Positions 50,488 to 63,085 of a stretch of DNA of 64,000 nucleotides are shown here, one piece after another. The stretch covers positions 1,670,657 through 1,734,656 of the forward strand of contig RDEW01000005.1 in assembly GCA_011109175.1 (NCBI GenBank). Reading direction: 5' to 3'. The notes under the pieces are model-generated. The model was not told where the DNA came from. It saw only the letters and a list, made by a program, of their open reading frames with translations, and ran no database searches. How positions within the stretch are numbered: the first letter of the stretch is position 1; the number at the start of each line of letters is the position of its first letter. The position numbers and the translations under genes were made by a program. The DNA is from Dicyema japonicum. Taxonomy: Eukaryota > Animalia > Dicyemida.

Positions 50488-50700
50488 GGATGGCATAGTG
50501 GTAGGTGTCGGGCAAAGTGGCTTAGGTTACGGCTTCGATTCTTACTGCTGTTCACTTAGTGGAAGGTTCCACGCATCTACGATGCTGAGAGGGCTTGACG
50601 AGTGACGCCGTCATCAGTGGATATTCACTGCAGAACTAGATAGTCAAAAAAGGACCCACACACAACAATTAACAACAACAATTTAACAACATGTGCAGAA
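50488..50700 (+). mobile_element. tRNA-derived SINE
   Basis: A box tggcatagtgg, B-box-like gcttcgattct, complete structured body. Confidence 0.85.
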
Positions 50701-51149
50701 TAGGTACTATCAGTCCGCCAGCTAACCTGGACTGTTCATCCTGGTACCCCTCTTTCCTTGCTAATCACCCTTCTACTGGTCTAGGAAGTTTCATATCCTA
50801 ATTTCAATATCTTCCCTGACTGGCCTGACAAGTTTGTTCTCTTCCTCAGTCAGGCCTTCGTATAATTTCCTCCCTAGTGATAGTTTGATCGCCGCTCGCC
50901 TTGTTTTCTCTAGTCGAGCGAGGATCCTCTCCCTCGAGGGATCCTCTCGAGGATCAGCGAGGGGTAAAACCATCCTCGCTTCCGTAGATAAGTCTTGGAA
51001 GAATCACATTCCGATAAACAAAGAGCATGGTATCACCATCCAACTTTAGGCTTCTAGTGCAGAACAGTGCTTCCACAGCATTCTTTCTTCGCTCTTCGAT
51101 GTCCTTCAGATTTAATCCTCTCCATCTACTACAATCTCCAGGTATTTCA

Positions 51150-53200
51150 GGGATGAAACTCTCAGTATGCGAAGAGTGTAAGTCTCTTCGTGATGCCTAC
51201 CAAGCCTTGACTGGTTACGAGGATCTTGACTAATTACGCACTGCGGCTTTGAATAGGAGGAAGTGGATGAAATTAACTAGTGATTTGATAACTCATGTTG
51301 CACATGCTTTGTCCAGTCCTATGACATAGCGATAAGTGCAAGTATTAATAATACGTGCCTCTTTTACACAAGATGTCTTCTTCATGCATTCAATATTCCC
51401 TGTTCTCTATTGGATCATTCAATGTGAGAGGACTAACATCATACGTAAAAAGACAACACTTATGTGCGGACCTTCAACGATGCGGAATATCTGTATGCTG
51501 TCTCCAGGAAACCATAGTCCCCAATGGCCTGGATGAAACAATAAACGGGTTTAAACTGCTTTTGTTACCATTAGACTGCCGACATTATTAGATGGGGTTT
51601 TCTATACGCTTGGATGCAGATGTGGTGTCTCATAGAACATGGAGTATCAACGACAGGATTGCCATCCTCCAACTACGCCTAGGAAACAACCATAATACTA
51701 TTCTATCGATTATCAATGTATATGCACCGACCACAGTGAGGGTATCCGCCAACGCAGAGAAACTTGACAATTTCTACTCGTCCTTATTATCGGCTTTCTT
51801 CTCCTGTCAAGCTCCTACATGCTCTTTATATCGGGAGACTGGAATTCAAAAGTGGGTGAAAAGCGGGACTAATTAGCTTGCTTGAGCAGCCACACTTGAG
51901 GGATTAAAAATTTGTCCAGGGAGACCCTTATACATTTCTGCGAGTCATTTGGACTATTCCTTTGTAACACGGCGTTCCGACATGCAGCATGACATACTAC
52001 GAGGTAGACAAGGCAGAGGAGAGACTCCTGTGGAAATTGAGTCCATATATTTAACCAAATCGACTACATACTATGCAGGCAAACACAGAAGGGGCTACGA
52101 CTCCCGAACATACAGTTTCCTGATGACCTCGAGTGATCACAGACTACTAGTAGCACTTCTTATTCTAAAGCGACGCTTTGGAATCTCTGGAGCACTGGTA
52201 GCATGTACGCAGAGCAGGACCTTGGCCGTGAGGCTCTATATGCTTCCGACAATACCCGTAAAAAGTACGACGAGAAAATATCGAAACTGTTGGAAAATGT
52301 CTACACGAATATGTCACCCGGGCTGTAATGGAAGAATATTTCTATTAGAGTTAGGTAGGGCTGACTGGGAAATCACCCAAGGAGGTTCAAGGGAACTTTT
52401 GACAGAAATAGAACTGTCAAAAAACCAAAGGAGACTCCGACTCTTAATCGACTCGTCAGATTCGATAAGCCAAACTGACTCTCTTAAAGAGACGCTACAG
52501 AATCAAATACAAAATAAAGGAGAAAAGTGAGGAACATCTCGGCATACACTGGATAACTTGGCAAAGACGCCGAACGTTACAAACAAGGTGCAGGAATGTT
52601 TGCTGCTGTTAAACAATTATCCCCCAATACCACACCGGAAAGAATCACAGTCCTTGATGATACAGGAATGTAATAATAAACGGCCAGGAATCAGCAAATA
52701 AAATCGCTGGAGGCAGCTCTAAGACCTCTCCGGAAAAAGAATTGTTTCTGTACGTGATGGAAGTTATCTACGCCGATAATAATGATTTCGTCTGCCAGGA
52801 TAGGGATACGCTGGAACTATACTAAAATGATCCCTCAAGGCTTGGAGGATTGGTCCTGGTAGTAAAACCCAGACAAAAACGGAAAGAACTAGCATATCCT
52901 GTTCCACGACGAGAAACGAGGAAAAGTGGAGAACATGCATGAAGTTGGATCTCTCTCGGAAACTCGGAGGACGCTATTCACAGGAAAATTCTGACGGTTG
53001 CTTCTTTCAAAAAATTGTGGGCGATCTGGATGCGACGAAGTACATAGGCACTCGCCTTCGAATTCGATTGTACAACTCCTTTTATCGAACCAATTCTGCT
53101 GTATAACGCGGGGACCTGAGGCCTAACCACCAAAGAACTGGAAAACCTCACTCTTTTTACAGAAAACATCGATTGTTTAAAATGAAGTAAATGATTTTTG
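51150..53200 (+). mobile_element. Degenerate RTE-like LINE sequences (a 3' end followed by APE and RT remnants)
   Basis: LRTAALNRRKW; IGSFNVRGL, CCLQET, INVYAPT, SDHRLLV. Confidence 0.7.
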
Positions 53201-53214
53201 GGATCACAATAAAG

Positions 53215-53981
53215 TTAGGGAACATGTGGACTATGCATCTTTGGAAACTGTCGGGTTGATGGATATTTTAGCACCGTGTGATCACGAGGCGCTCCAGTAT
53301 TGACGTCATCATGGCACGATGCTCCTCCCTTAAACCCACAACTCAGGATGTAGAACCGGATACTCATAGTCTTACGGTGACGTCCATCGGTTCTTACGAA
53401 TTCCAGTGGCATGGAAGAAGTATTCCCATAAGTCCATCACTTCTTATTTGAATTGGGTAAATGTGGATATAATTTATATCTCTTTTCCTTTTTGATGGAA
53501 TTGGATATGCCTTTCAGAAATAAGGAAGGATCGAATGCACCAACGTCTGCACTCGAATCCTGTCTAGACCAAAAAAATTAACTTGAAAAAGTCATAATTG
53601 AGCAATTATTATATATCATTTCCCATGATAACCGGGTTAGAGAGGAAGAAAATCCTTAACTAAGTGCTCCCAGTCCTCAAAGTTGGAGTGATACATCATT
53701 TCCAAGCATCATGCCCATCCATATCCCCCATTGTGGAAACCCCTCCAGTGTAGTAAGGAAACCGAGATCCTTTTTAAATGTCGGCCAGGTACTTGGCGTC
53801 TCCTTGGACAGGCCGGTTCAACATGACGACTCTTAGGAATTGAGAACTTAAAGAGAAGAATGGAATCCTTCGCCAAGCTAGGTAAAGGTGTGGGAATCGA
53901 ACACAAGCCAATCGCAACAGCAATAGGAACTTCACTACATAATTCTCGAATGTTCTTATAAATATCAAGCATTTTTTTCAA
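53215..53981 (-). CDS. Possible gene downstream of ITPK1, unidentified
   Basis: Several protein-like frames; no family recognised. Confidence 0.3.
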
Positions 53982-55040
53982 TTTTTACTAATAAACAAAG
54001 AAAACAGAATTTATTGTCAAAAAGGATATCAACATACTCTTTCGTATAAAGAATCATCATATTTATTGCCACGTGCAACTCGTTCAAGAAATTCGGCAAG
54101 CAGTGAGCGACATCCCTTACGTTGTCATAGGCTAAAGTAAAGTACATTTAAAAACAAGGAAAATAGTTCACATCAACTACCACGAATTTACCAGTCTTCG
54201 AGTCCCTAACAACATCAAAGCCAAACAAGGAGATCTCAAATGTCTTTGAAATTTTATATGCCATTGTTTTGATGGCGTTATCATCGTGAGAGTCAAGTGG
54301 GAATAATTCCTCAACAGACCCAGGCAAAGATTTTTTACAGATTGAATGAGAATGGAATAATATTGGCTGGGAATGGCTATGCCATGAATACTGAACCAAC
54401 CCTCAGAGGTGTTTTCAGACGACTGGCGATCTGTATGTTGTAAAAATTCCCAATAACAAAGATCTTTAAAGGATTCCGTCGTGATTGAAATACTCCTGCA
54501 CACGTGGTCTTTGTAGTCGCCAAAGTCGACTATCAACACAATCGCCATCTAAAATTAATCAACAGGGAACTTCATGACTGTTCCCATCTGTTCCTTTTAT
54601 TACTAAAATTAAAATTAACGGAACTTTGGGGAAACTTGGTGGAGTCAGATCGGGGGTCACTTTGGCGAACCACGGGCAGATCATCCGGTCGTCTGATATG
54701 AGGAAAAAGTTACCTTTGCGAAAGCATTCTCCAACAGAGAATAAATTTTCCAGCCGGTCGTAAAGATTGTCGATACAAGAAGGTCGATCAATCGGAAATT
54801 ATGCTTGGATTACTCGACAGAACTTGCTATAAGTTAAGAATACAGACATACTCGTATTTTGAGCTTATTTTGGGCTGGAAGGGTCACAGTGCTTATGCAT
54901 ATATAGGGATTTTGTAGTCATGGAATCATTTAAATCGAGCTATTTGTTAGTATGAGATTACTTTGTAGAGTAGAATATTTTTTCTTACTATTTATCAAAC
55001 ATATTGAAACCTGCAGAGAAATACTAATTTTTCATAATTA
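53965..55040 (-). CDS. ITPK1: Inositol-tetrakisphosphate 1-kinase (ATP-grasp)
   Basis: IDRPSCIDNLYDR, VQEYFNHDGIL-KIFVIG, SLFGFDVVRDSKTGKFVVVDVNYFP|YDNV; at least one 1-nt indel; start uncertain. Confidence 0.8.
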
Positions 55041-56239
55041 TCTGAGTGAGCTTTTTTTCTGTAACACAAAGTCCTACAAGAAACATTATTATCGAAATAA
55101 TTGAGTTTAAAAATTATATACAAATTTTAACCGGATGTAGCAAAATTAATTATAGCAGAAAAAGTTATTTATTTTTAATCAAAATTATTAAATCAGTGTG
55201 TATCATTTTAATTTATTTGTCCTTTAATTTATATTTTAAGAGTAACTGAGTGCCCGGCAAAAAGATTCTTGTGAAAGTGCATATCTTAAAATTCTACATT
55301 ACTGAATCTCTACATTAACTCATTATGCTCTTGATTCCATTTTGGATCGCATTCCAGCTCCACACGTTGTTTGGAAGCAGAGATAAACTTTTTATAAGCT
55401 ACTTAAAATCAATTTAATTCACCGCTTAATTAAAAATCAAATTTGATTGTCACTAAAAATATTAAATTATAAATTTTATAATAACCAACAGAGCGTATAA
55501 AAACTAATTTTTAATTATTTCAAAAATTACAATTTCGATATTGATTATAAATTCGTTAATAATTTGCGGGTCTGTTAGATTTGATAACTGGATTTTTATA
55601 CGAGAGACCATCCAATATTCGGCATCATTGGGAACTGGACAAAACCTATATCGGTTATACCCTGGGTTATTAAAATAGCCGTCTTAGATTAAGTAATTGG
55701 TTGTGCCTGTTAGTTAACATTCCCAAAGAAAAACTAAAGAAGATCAGACGGGATAACGATCTTTCCATTTACAAATGTACGCTAACTCGATGGGACGTCA
55801 CTTGTCCCTGACAAATATGGTACTGTCTCACCGCTATCTCTGCCCAACGGAAGAAGCTGGATAAATATTCTGCGTTTGGGGAACGTTTCTGCTCCGTCCC
55901 TATTGCATTTGAGACTTTGGATGTGGCTGGTCCTGTCGGCAGAGATGTACTCTATGATATTGGAAACGAAGTCTCCTCAAAGCTGAGAGATGTTGATTAA
56001 TGTTTTCATTAATTATGACAGACTCGTGCAGTGGATACATAGTCTGTTAATGTTACAATAATGACAGGAGACATTAAAGCATCAAAAATTTCTGTCATGT
56101 TTATTTAATTGTTTTCATGTCACACAAGGAATTCATTTTTTTAATACACACAATTCAGATTTGGAGAATTTTTTCTAATTACAAAATTATTTTCAATCGT
56201 TGTGGAGTCGACCAATTCACACATGTGTTAAGAAATTAT

Positions 56240-56520
56240 GTCCTCGAAGATCAACTACCTAAATTCTTATTTGGTCGATGGTTGTGGCGCCGACGTAGCT
56301 TTGTTACACGAATCTTTTAATGTGACCTTTCATTCCCCTTCTTCTCGCATAGACTAAAATGACGGACTTGGGAAAATCGGACATGCATATTTTCAGAACG
56401 AGGAAGGGACGATGCGCTGGGTTCTAGACTCGTCGGTCACAAATTTTGAGAACCTGGCCAAGTCTACCTTAAAGAGGGACATGGGAGTTATCAGCTACAT
56501 TAATAATTTCTGAATTTCTT
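56240..56520 (+). mobile_element. APE endonuclease remnant
   Basis: KINYLNSYL..DVALLHES. Confidence 0.35.
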
Positions 56521-56589
56521 AGTAATAATAAGATCCTCTTTCACTCAATAGGCTACTCATATTGGGGACCAAAGTGTTATTTAATCTAT

Positions 56590-56850
56590 TACTGTGTCTG
56601 GGTTACTGTACTTTTACGCAGATCCATATTAGCCATAGCTCACAGAACACACTTTATTTAAGTAAGAAACAGTTATTATAACTAATCGATGAGGGAGAAC
56701 AACTTTTTTTGTTGGGTGAGTCCTTTTATAGCCGATCCGGTAAGATGTTTACTGCCAAAGCATCGTAGATACATGGAACCTTCAACCGAAATGTACAGCA
56801 GCGAGGTTCGAACTAGGAGCCATCGGGCATCTTGCCCGGCACTCTGGGTT
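56590..56850 (-). mobile_element. tRNA-derived SINE with an internal deletion
   Basis: B box agttcgaacct, gaaggttccatgtatctacgatgc and shared tail; the tgacg and cagtg hairpins are missing. Confidence 0.75.
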
Positions 56851-58414
56851 AGATTTATCAAATTATTAAACTGACATTGAATTAATTAAAAATGCCAACT
56901 CTGACAAATTATTGAAGCATAAATACATTTTTATTTTGAATTTACATAAAAGTTTGTTTTTTTGAACAGTCTCTGGTTTTCACAGTCTTTACATATTATT
57001 TGGGAATATTGGTCTTTAAATATTTATCATCCAGGGAGTGATAATTTCGGGGATTCGAAAGTTGGAAGACAATTTTTAAAGGCATGTGAAGCGAGTTTAC
57101 AAAATTTGCAAAATCTGTGTTTACAGTTCGGACACGTGATCATTCTGTAATTGCAGTCCACATATCTAGATTTTCTACAGAGAGGGCACGTGACCGTTTT
57201 CCCATTTTTTGAAACTTTCTAAAATTATCTGAAAACGAACTTTTTCTAAACATTTATTACGAATTCTTTTAGGGTTGGTAACAACAAATATATTTTCCTA
57301 GAATAATGGGGTACCATACTTTGTTGGATTCGTCTATTGGCTGGGATCTTTTGGAAGACTTTATGGGAGCATTCGAATTTTTGAGCCTACTAATGAGATA
57401 TGATTGGCACATTTATTAATTTAAAAAATATGCGCAATTTTAATATACAAACAAATTAAAGACGTCTTACGACAACGATCGATCGACATTTGGTAAATTT
57501 AAATGTAAAGTTGATCGACTGGGCCCTTTTCTGGGAGATCAAGGAAGAAATTGTGCACAGCTTGAGGCTAATCGAATAGTTCTTTGAGTATGACTTAGAT
57601 GCTGAGCGACAGAACAGACGTCGTTTCCACTTGACCTACAATTATACGAGTGATAAGCCAAAATTTATCAAAAATTGTGCTTTTCTATAAATTTACTAGT
57701 CTGGTGATAAGGAGGACTATTAAGAATAAATCTCGGGTTCCACTTAGAGAACATCTGGGCAATTTAATTTATTAACGTAATCAAACATTAATTATTCCTG
57801 GAATTTGTGATTATAATTAATAAATAATTAGTCAGTCAAAAATTTACATGAATCAAATTATTCAGAAATTGTGTTTAAGCATTGAACTGCTCAAATAAGT
57901 CTATTCCTTGGACTAGTTCTTTGATTGGCGCGTGCTTTATCAAATCTTTTCTTTGAAGACTCCCAATATCAAAGTTTATCAAATTCACTGTTTCAATAAA
58001 ATATTTCCATTTAGATAAACAAATGATTTCAGTGTCCTCTAAGAAGCTTGTCTTACCGTGAACCTGGTTTTTACTAAGCAGTATCTGACACTTCATGAGA
58101 AATTGATTAAAGCGAGGAAGGGGATTTCTTTAATTTGTTATTTCTTAAAATAAATTCAATTTATTGACGCAAATCAATTTCAGTCAGACGGACAATTAAT
58201 TTCTAAACTCACTAAAGATCATGTTGGAGGAATCAACGAGAAAACTCATAAGGTTTCTCTCGATGGGTGATCGCTTTGATGGAAACTTTGTTAACACAAT
58301 ATTAAAGTTCATCTACCATCTGTTCTTATAATAAAAAATTAATATAATAAAATGATATTGGAAACTAATTGGTAGACAATCAAATGATATTCGTAATCAT
58401 ATCTAGAAATGATA

Positions 58415-58485
58415 TCCCGATTGGTCTAGTGGTCGAGGTATCATCAGAGCTGAGGGCTCCCGGGGTCGCTTCCCAGCGGTGTCAT
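58415..58485 (+). pseudogene. tRNA-like sequence (pseudogene or head of another SINE)
   Basis: A box tggtctagtgg, B-box-like gggtcgcttccc; no clean anticodon arm. Confidence 0.4.
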
Positions 58486-61400
58486 TCTACCAACTGGGAA
58501 AAAGTCTAAGCTGGAGATGTGGTTCACAGATCCAAAAGGCGTTTAAGTCTGGAAAATCAACAAGAAGGAAGTTGCTGGAATTTCACCTTAATACCTGAAA
58601 GTTAACAAGAGCAATTCAAAAATTGACGTGGAAAAGGGTAAACATAAGTTTTCAATTTAAAATTATTGTTTTCGTTAATCTTCCGTCGACTTTAGAAAAT
58701 GGTTGCACAAGTAGGTGAACATTATTGGACGGCTGGTGCACGAGTGTGACAAATACAATAAATATGTTGATCACTATAGGATCTTCAATTGCGTAAGAAT
58801 GATATTAGTGGGTCATGCAAGAGTTTTCTGAGGTTTGTAAATTCCAAAGTTGATGTGAACCAAACTTTAAAAGTATCCAGGGTGATTTTAGTTTCATCAC
58901 AGCCAACTAAAGAACTACTTTGTATGACAAAATCGTTTGTGTGGGACGATGAATAGAAGTTACTACTCGAAATATGTAGGAAAAGGAATGGCTCGATGAG
59001 AAAAAGTATTCTCGGAACGCACGAGCTGAGCTTAATTCTAAATCTTGAGACGTCAGCACAAATTTAAGGTCTCTTCTAATGTGCAAGTTAGCTAAACATA
59101 ACTTGAGTTTTAGTTGATCGAATGTCGGGACATCAAGTTGGAAGACTTTTATACCACTAAAATGACAAAAATGTTCATAGATCAATCGAATACGTCGTTG
59201 TAGAACTTTTCGGTCTGAAATCCTGAAGTTTGCATAAAGGCATATATGGTATAATTTTCAAGACAGGTTCCTTCATAAGTGATCTTAGGATGGAAATCTT
59301 TAGTTTATCTGATTTTAGGATTTTAAGCAGGAAGTCTCAACGTTGAACACTTCTGTTATTTTTATTATGAATTTGGCTCTTTACCGACGTTCGTAAACTG
59401 GATGATGTAAAGATGTCCTCTTTTCCTTATAAATCATTTTTTGAATGTCTTGAATAAGTACAATGTTCGTCTACAATGCCAAGACTACCCGATCTATGGT
59501 AGTAACCGGCATTTTCTGCGTCCTACTTAATAGTCGCTGGTCTCTTACAAGTTAGTTAGGCCGGTAGTACTTAACTAACCAACTAACTAGCGGCCCCTGG
59601 TTTAGAAGACTTTTTCCAAAGAGTTAAGAACGATCAAGTTTACCACTAGAGATTTAATTGTTATCAAATGTAGGCTTAGAATCTTTCGCTTTCGCCTGTC
59701 GCAGTTAAAACCTCACGGTTCACTAAAATCCGTACGTGATGAGAATCAACTGCCTGTGACTTACAAAGATGCAACAATTAGGTAATCAATATCCTTGATA
59801 TTAAATGTTGGTTTGGAATCTTTTTTAGTTATTTATGTAATTTCAATCCCATCAAGTGAAGGAAAGCGGTGGTTAACAGAAAAGTCACTACCTAAAGCGG
59901 ATGCTCACAGAGATTACTGTATCTGATGCGATCCTGAATGCCATCATTTATGTCGAATTAAAATAAACTTTGGAAAGTTTCACTAAAGTACTAGGAGTAG
60001 GGGAGACAATGATCCTTCTTGAATGCTGGCCAGCCATTGGACGTCTCTTGGTCCGATATTCCTCCTCGAGCTTACGCAAGCACGCATGTTCACGAATACT
60101 ATTTTCTGGATATTCCAATGATTTCAGAAACATGTTAACAATGAATATGAAAGGCCACCACCAGTCTCTTTTAACTCAGGTAGATAAGGCCTTTCCGGAA
60201 CAGAGTGAACAGGCAACCACCACTTCTTTCTGTTCGGAAGGACTGTTAACTGTGTGATTTGACTTTCGAATCACAAGGTAGGCTTGCTTTTTTCGTGGCA
60301 GTAAAAAATTTTTGTTTTACACCAGTTATTATTATCATCCAAATGATTGATTGGTTGGAAGGTTGAGGAGGTGACGTACCCCTAAAAAGTAAACATCTGA
60401 GGCAATTACGATCTGAGTTCGAATCTTGGCCACCCAAAAAGTAAAAGAATTCGTAAGATCGTCTGTCAGAAGTTGCACTTTTAATTGAGATGAGACCCTT
60501 CAACATACGCAACACATCTCAATAATTCACTTGACGGTTGTCCGCTAAAAAAGACTCTATGGTCATTTTCATGATTATTAACCATTTCACGATTTTCTCG
60601 TTTCTAAGTTGCTCAACACTATTGAGTCCTATGATCTTAAAATCTCCCATCGACTTCCTGTGTAGGCACAAGCGCAGACACTTCTAGAAACGGTTGGGTT
60701 CCTCGAGCACAGGATAAAAATGGCGAGGATGACCTTATCTAATTAGTTCGGTTGCTACTACCTTCTTTCTAAACATTTTAAAAAATTACACATTGACTAG
60801 TATTTCCATCCAATTGTTAGTATTTCATAATTGCTTGCCCAGTCATGAGTTGGCAAAGTGGGAGGTTAAGATGGTGAAATACCTCTATTGCACGTTGTCT
60901 ACTTGCCTTCATGATTGATAAAATCCCTTGTTATTTCATGAGCATAGCTGTGATGAATGAGACATCGAAAACTGGAAGTTCTGGACAAAAGAAGTGTGAA
61001 CGTAAGATCTCGTCTAGTCAAAAATTTTAAATAAAACATTTTGAAAATTCAGCAAAATTATTATTCATGAAAGGGAGAGTATTCTAAAAATACTAAAAAT
61101 AAGTAATAATTTGCCCTTAAAAAGGGAAAGGGTCGAGACCAATGGTATCAAAAGGGTTACCCATCACATTGACACCTTAAAGGTGTTTCCACGACTGTGA
61201 TTCTGGGTGGACCTGTGCTCGAAAAATTTGTCTCCCCGCGAGTTCGACCGTGAGGACTAGATTTATTTATTTATTTGAACCTTGGGATCACCGAGAAAAA
61301 AAGACAGAAAAAACGTCAACAAGGTTTTTCCAAATCTTGGGAATAATATTGGAGTTAAGACAGGTTAAAACTTGCTTGAGGTAGCCAATTGCGTATTTGC

Positions 61401-62100
61401 TTAGGTGTTTCAGGTGAACTGAAGATACTTTGTCAGGGCCGCTAATCCTTGAGTTCTTTAATCCGGCGATAATGAGACCTGATTGTCTGAGAATAGTTCT
61501 TGGTAAGGTTCATTTTTCGGTTTACGGACGCGTACTTTGATATCCAGTTGTTTAGAGAATTGCTGATCGCAGCGTAATGTTTCATAGGTAGGTAGGTATA
61601 TATGAAAAATGTGATCTGGAGAAGGGTACCGTTTCCAGTTGCATCTTCCAACTCTGATTTAGTTTGTTTTAGGTTTTCCAAAATTGATGAGATGAACTTT
61701 TCCCGTTAAGGTGATCGATTAGATGACACCATTTCTAATCCTGATGGTCTTTTATGCTCTGGTTGATACTTTTATTTAGATTTCAACTCCGTCGATGGCA
61801 TCTTTTCATTTGTTTTCTTCGTTTATGAGTAAGTGTCCGGGAATTGAGGATAGGCATAAAATTCGTGTATGATAAGAGAACAATAAATATGTTGTCAGCC
61901 TTTTGAATGGTCACACTGATGATTTTTGCGGCTTCATCCATCGAACGTATATGGATGATTGTCCGTTGGCCAATTCCAGGTCAACGAAGTCCGGTCTGCA
62001 ATGTCCGGCGTCTCCGAAATCCTCTTAATATAGAAGGATGGATTATGGTCGCTGGAAAAACCATAATTCACATCCCATGTAGTAATTCCTGCTAAAGAGA

Positions 62101-62434
62101 TTATTTTAAAGCCGCATGGCGCCATGTGGTGCTTCGTGGCTAATTGGTTAGACGTTTCTGTTTGTTCGTCTGTTCCTCCTCTCTCTTCCTATTAGAGTGG
62201 CTTCATGTGATCCACCTGTCTAGGTGGCGCCCAGTGCCAGGCCGGCACGAAAAAGGATCATTTACTCTCCCCCACTCCACTGGAGGGGTTTCAACAACTG
62301 CAACTATGGACGTCTTTTACCCATATGTTGATTCCGGATTGACTCTGTTTCTGTGGAAACTGGATGCAATCAAGTAGTTGTTTACTTTAACTTCTTTCTC
62401 GGTGTATCCAGGGTTAATAAATAAAAAAATAAAA
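62101..62434 (+). mobile_element. Short non-autonomous retroposon (LINE leader plus LINE-like 3' tail)
   Basis: 18-bp TSD taattcctgctaaagaga at 62083-62100 and 62435-62452; tail ggtgtatccagggttaataaataaaa resembles about 18140-18160. Confidence 0.85.
62118..62260 (+). ncRNA. Candidate HDV-like self-cleaving ribozyme
   Basis: P2 tgatcc/ggatca, P3 acc/ggt, P1 ggcgcc/ggcgcc, P4 tgcc/ggca, J4/2 C-G-A-A; L3 and P1.1 are atypical. Confidence 0.5.
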
Positions 62435-62959
62435 TAATTCCTGCTAAAGAGAGTGAACATAGGGTTAAATTTAAGTGCAGCTATCAGTGCTCCTTAATGG
62501 GGTTCTTGTGTGTAATTTAGGGTCATTCAGGATAATCATATCAATAAGACCATTTACGATGAACTCTCCTCGGCTGTAAGAGGACTGTGAAGCAAGTCAA
62601 ACTGGGTGTCGGGCATTTAGGTCGCCGCATATTAGAACGTTCTTTAGAACTGAGAGGCGGGGTATATTTGGGGTGTAGGATTTTGGGCAGGATCCTGTGG
62701 TCGAATATATAGGTTAATCAAATTAATTCAAAAAGACGGGTACATTTCCATTTTGATGGAGATCTGCTTCATGGTATCGTCTGAGCCCAAAAGTTATGAG
62801 GTTCGTCGACTCATGTCAATGAAAGGTATACCGTTCTTTATAATTGTGAGTAGTCCTCCGTCTGGTCTTCCCTGACGGTTTTTACGGATTACTGTGTATC
62901 CCGAGAAAGAGGGTGTTGGCGTGGAGGATGAGAGCTTGGATTTCTGGATTAGAGCTTGG

Positions 62960-63085
62960 ATTCTATAACACAATTCGGTTCCGCATTGATGAAACACTGA
63001 TGACGGCGTCACTCGTCAACTTAGGAGCATCGTAGATACGTGAACCTTACCGAATGGATAGCAGTGAGATTCGAACTTTGGACTT
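62960..63085 (-). mobile_element. tRNA-derived SINE fragment fused to LINE APE
   Basis: B box agttcgaatct and family core, then directly APE-coding sequence. Confidence 0.75.

Larger units (their letters stand above)
61300..62965 (-). mobile_element. Degenerate LINE APE-region fragment carrying a younger insertion
   Basis: ALIQKSKL..GYTVIRKNRQGRPDGGLLTIIKNGIPF; SSDHNP. Confidence 0.7.

Noticed and set aside
50560-50640. HDV-like fold in the tRNA-SINE body
   Set aside because: No P1 partner is consistent across copies; a simple multi-branch fold explains the pairings better
53500-53720. TGA read-through, selenocysteine or an alternative genetic code
   Set aside because: Long conserved exons (CLTC, LTO1) have no in-frame stops and genes end in TAA, TAG and TGA; the stops here are explained by introns, indels or the wrong frame
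55690-55740. Fifth ribozyme-like leader (shares ttggttgtgcctgt with 4027-4040)
   Set aside because: No upstream P2-ACC element and no matching P2' strand; may be a chance 14-mer
58415-58485. Functional tRNA gene
   Set aside because: Acceptor and anticodon stems do not pair and the B box is degenerate
57875-59200. DNA transposase remnants
   Set aside because: Only faint motif resemblance (LDVPT), not enough to call
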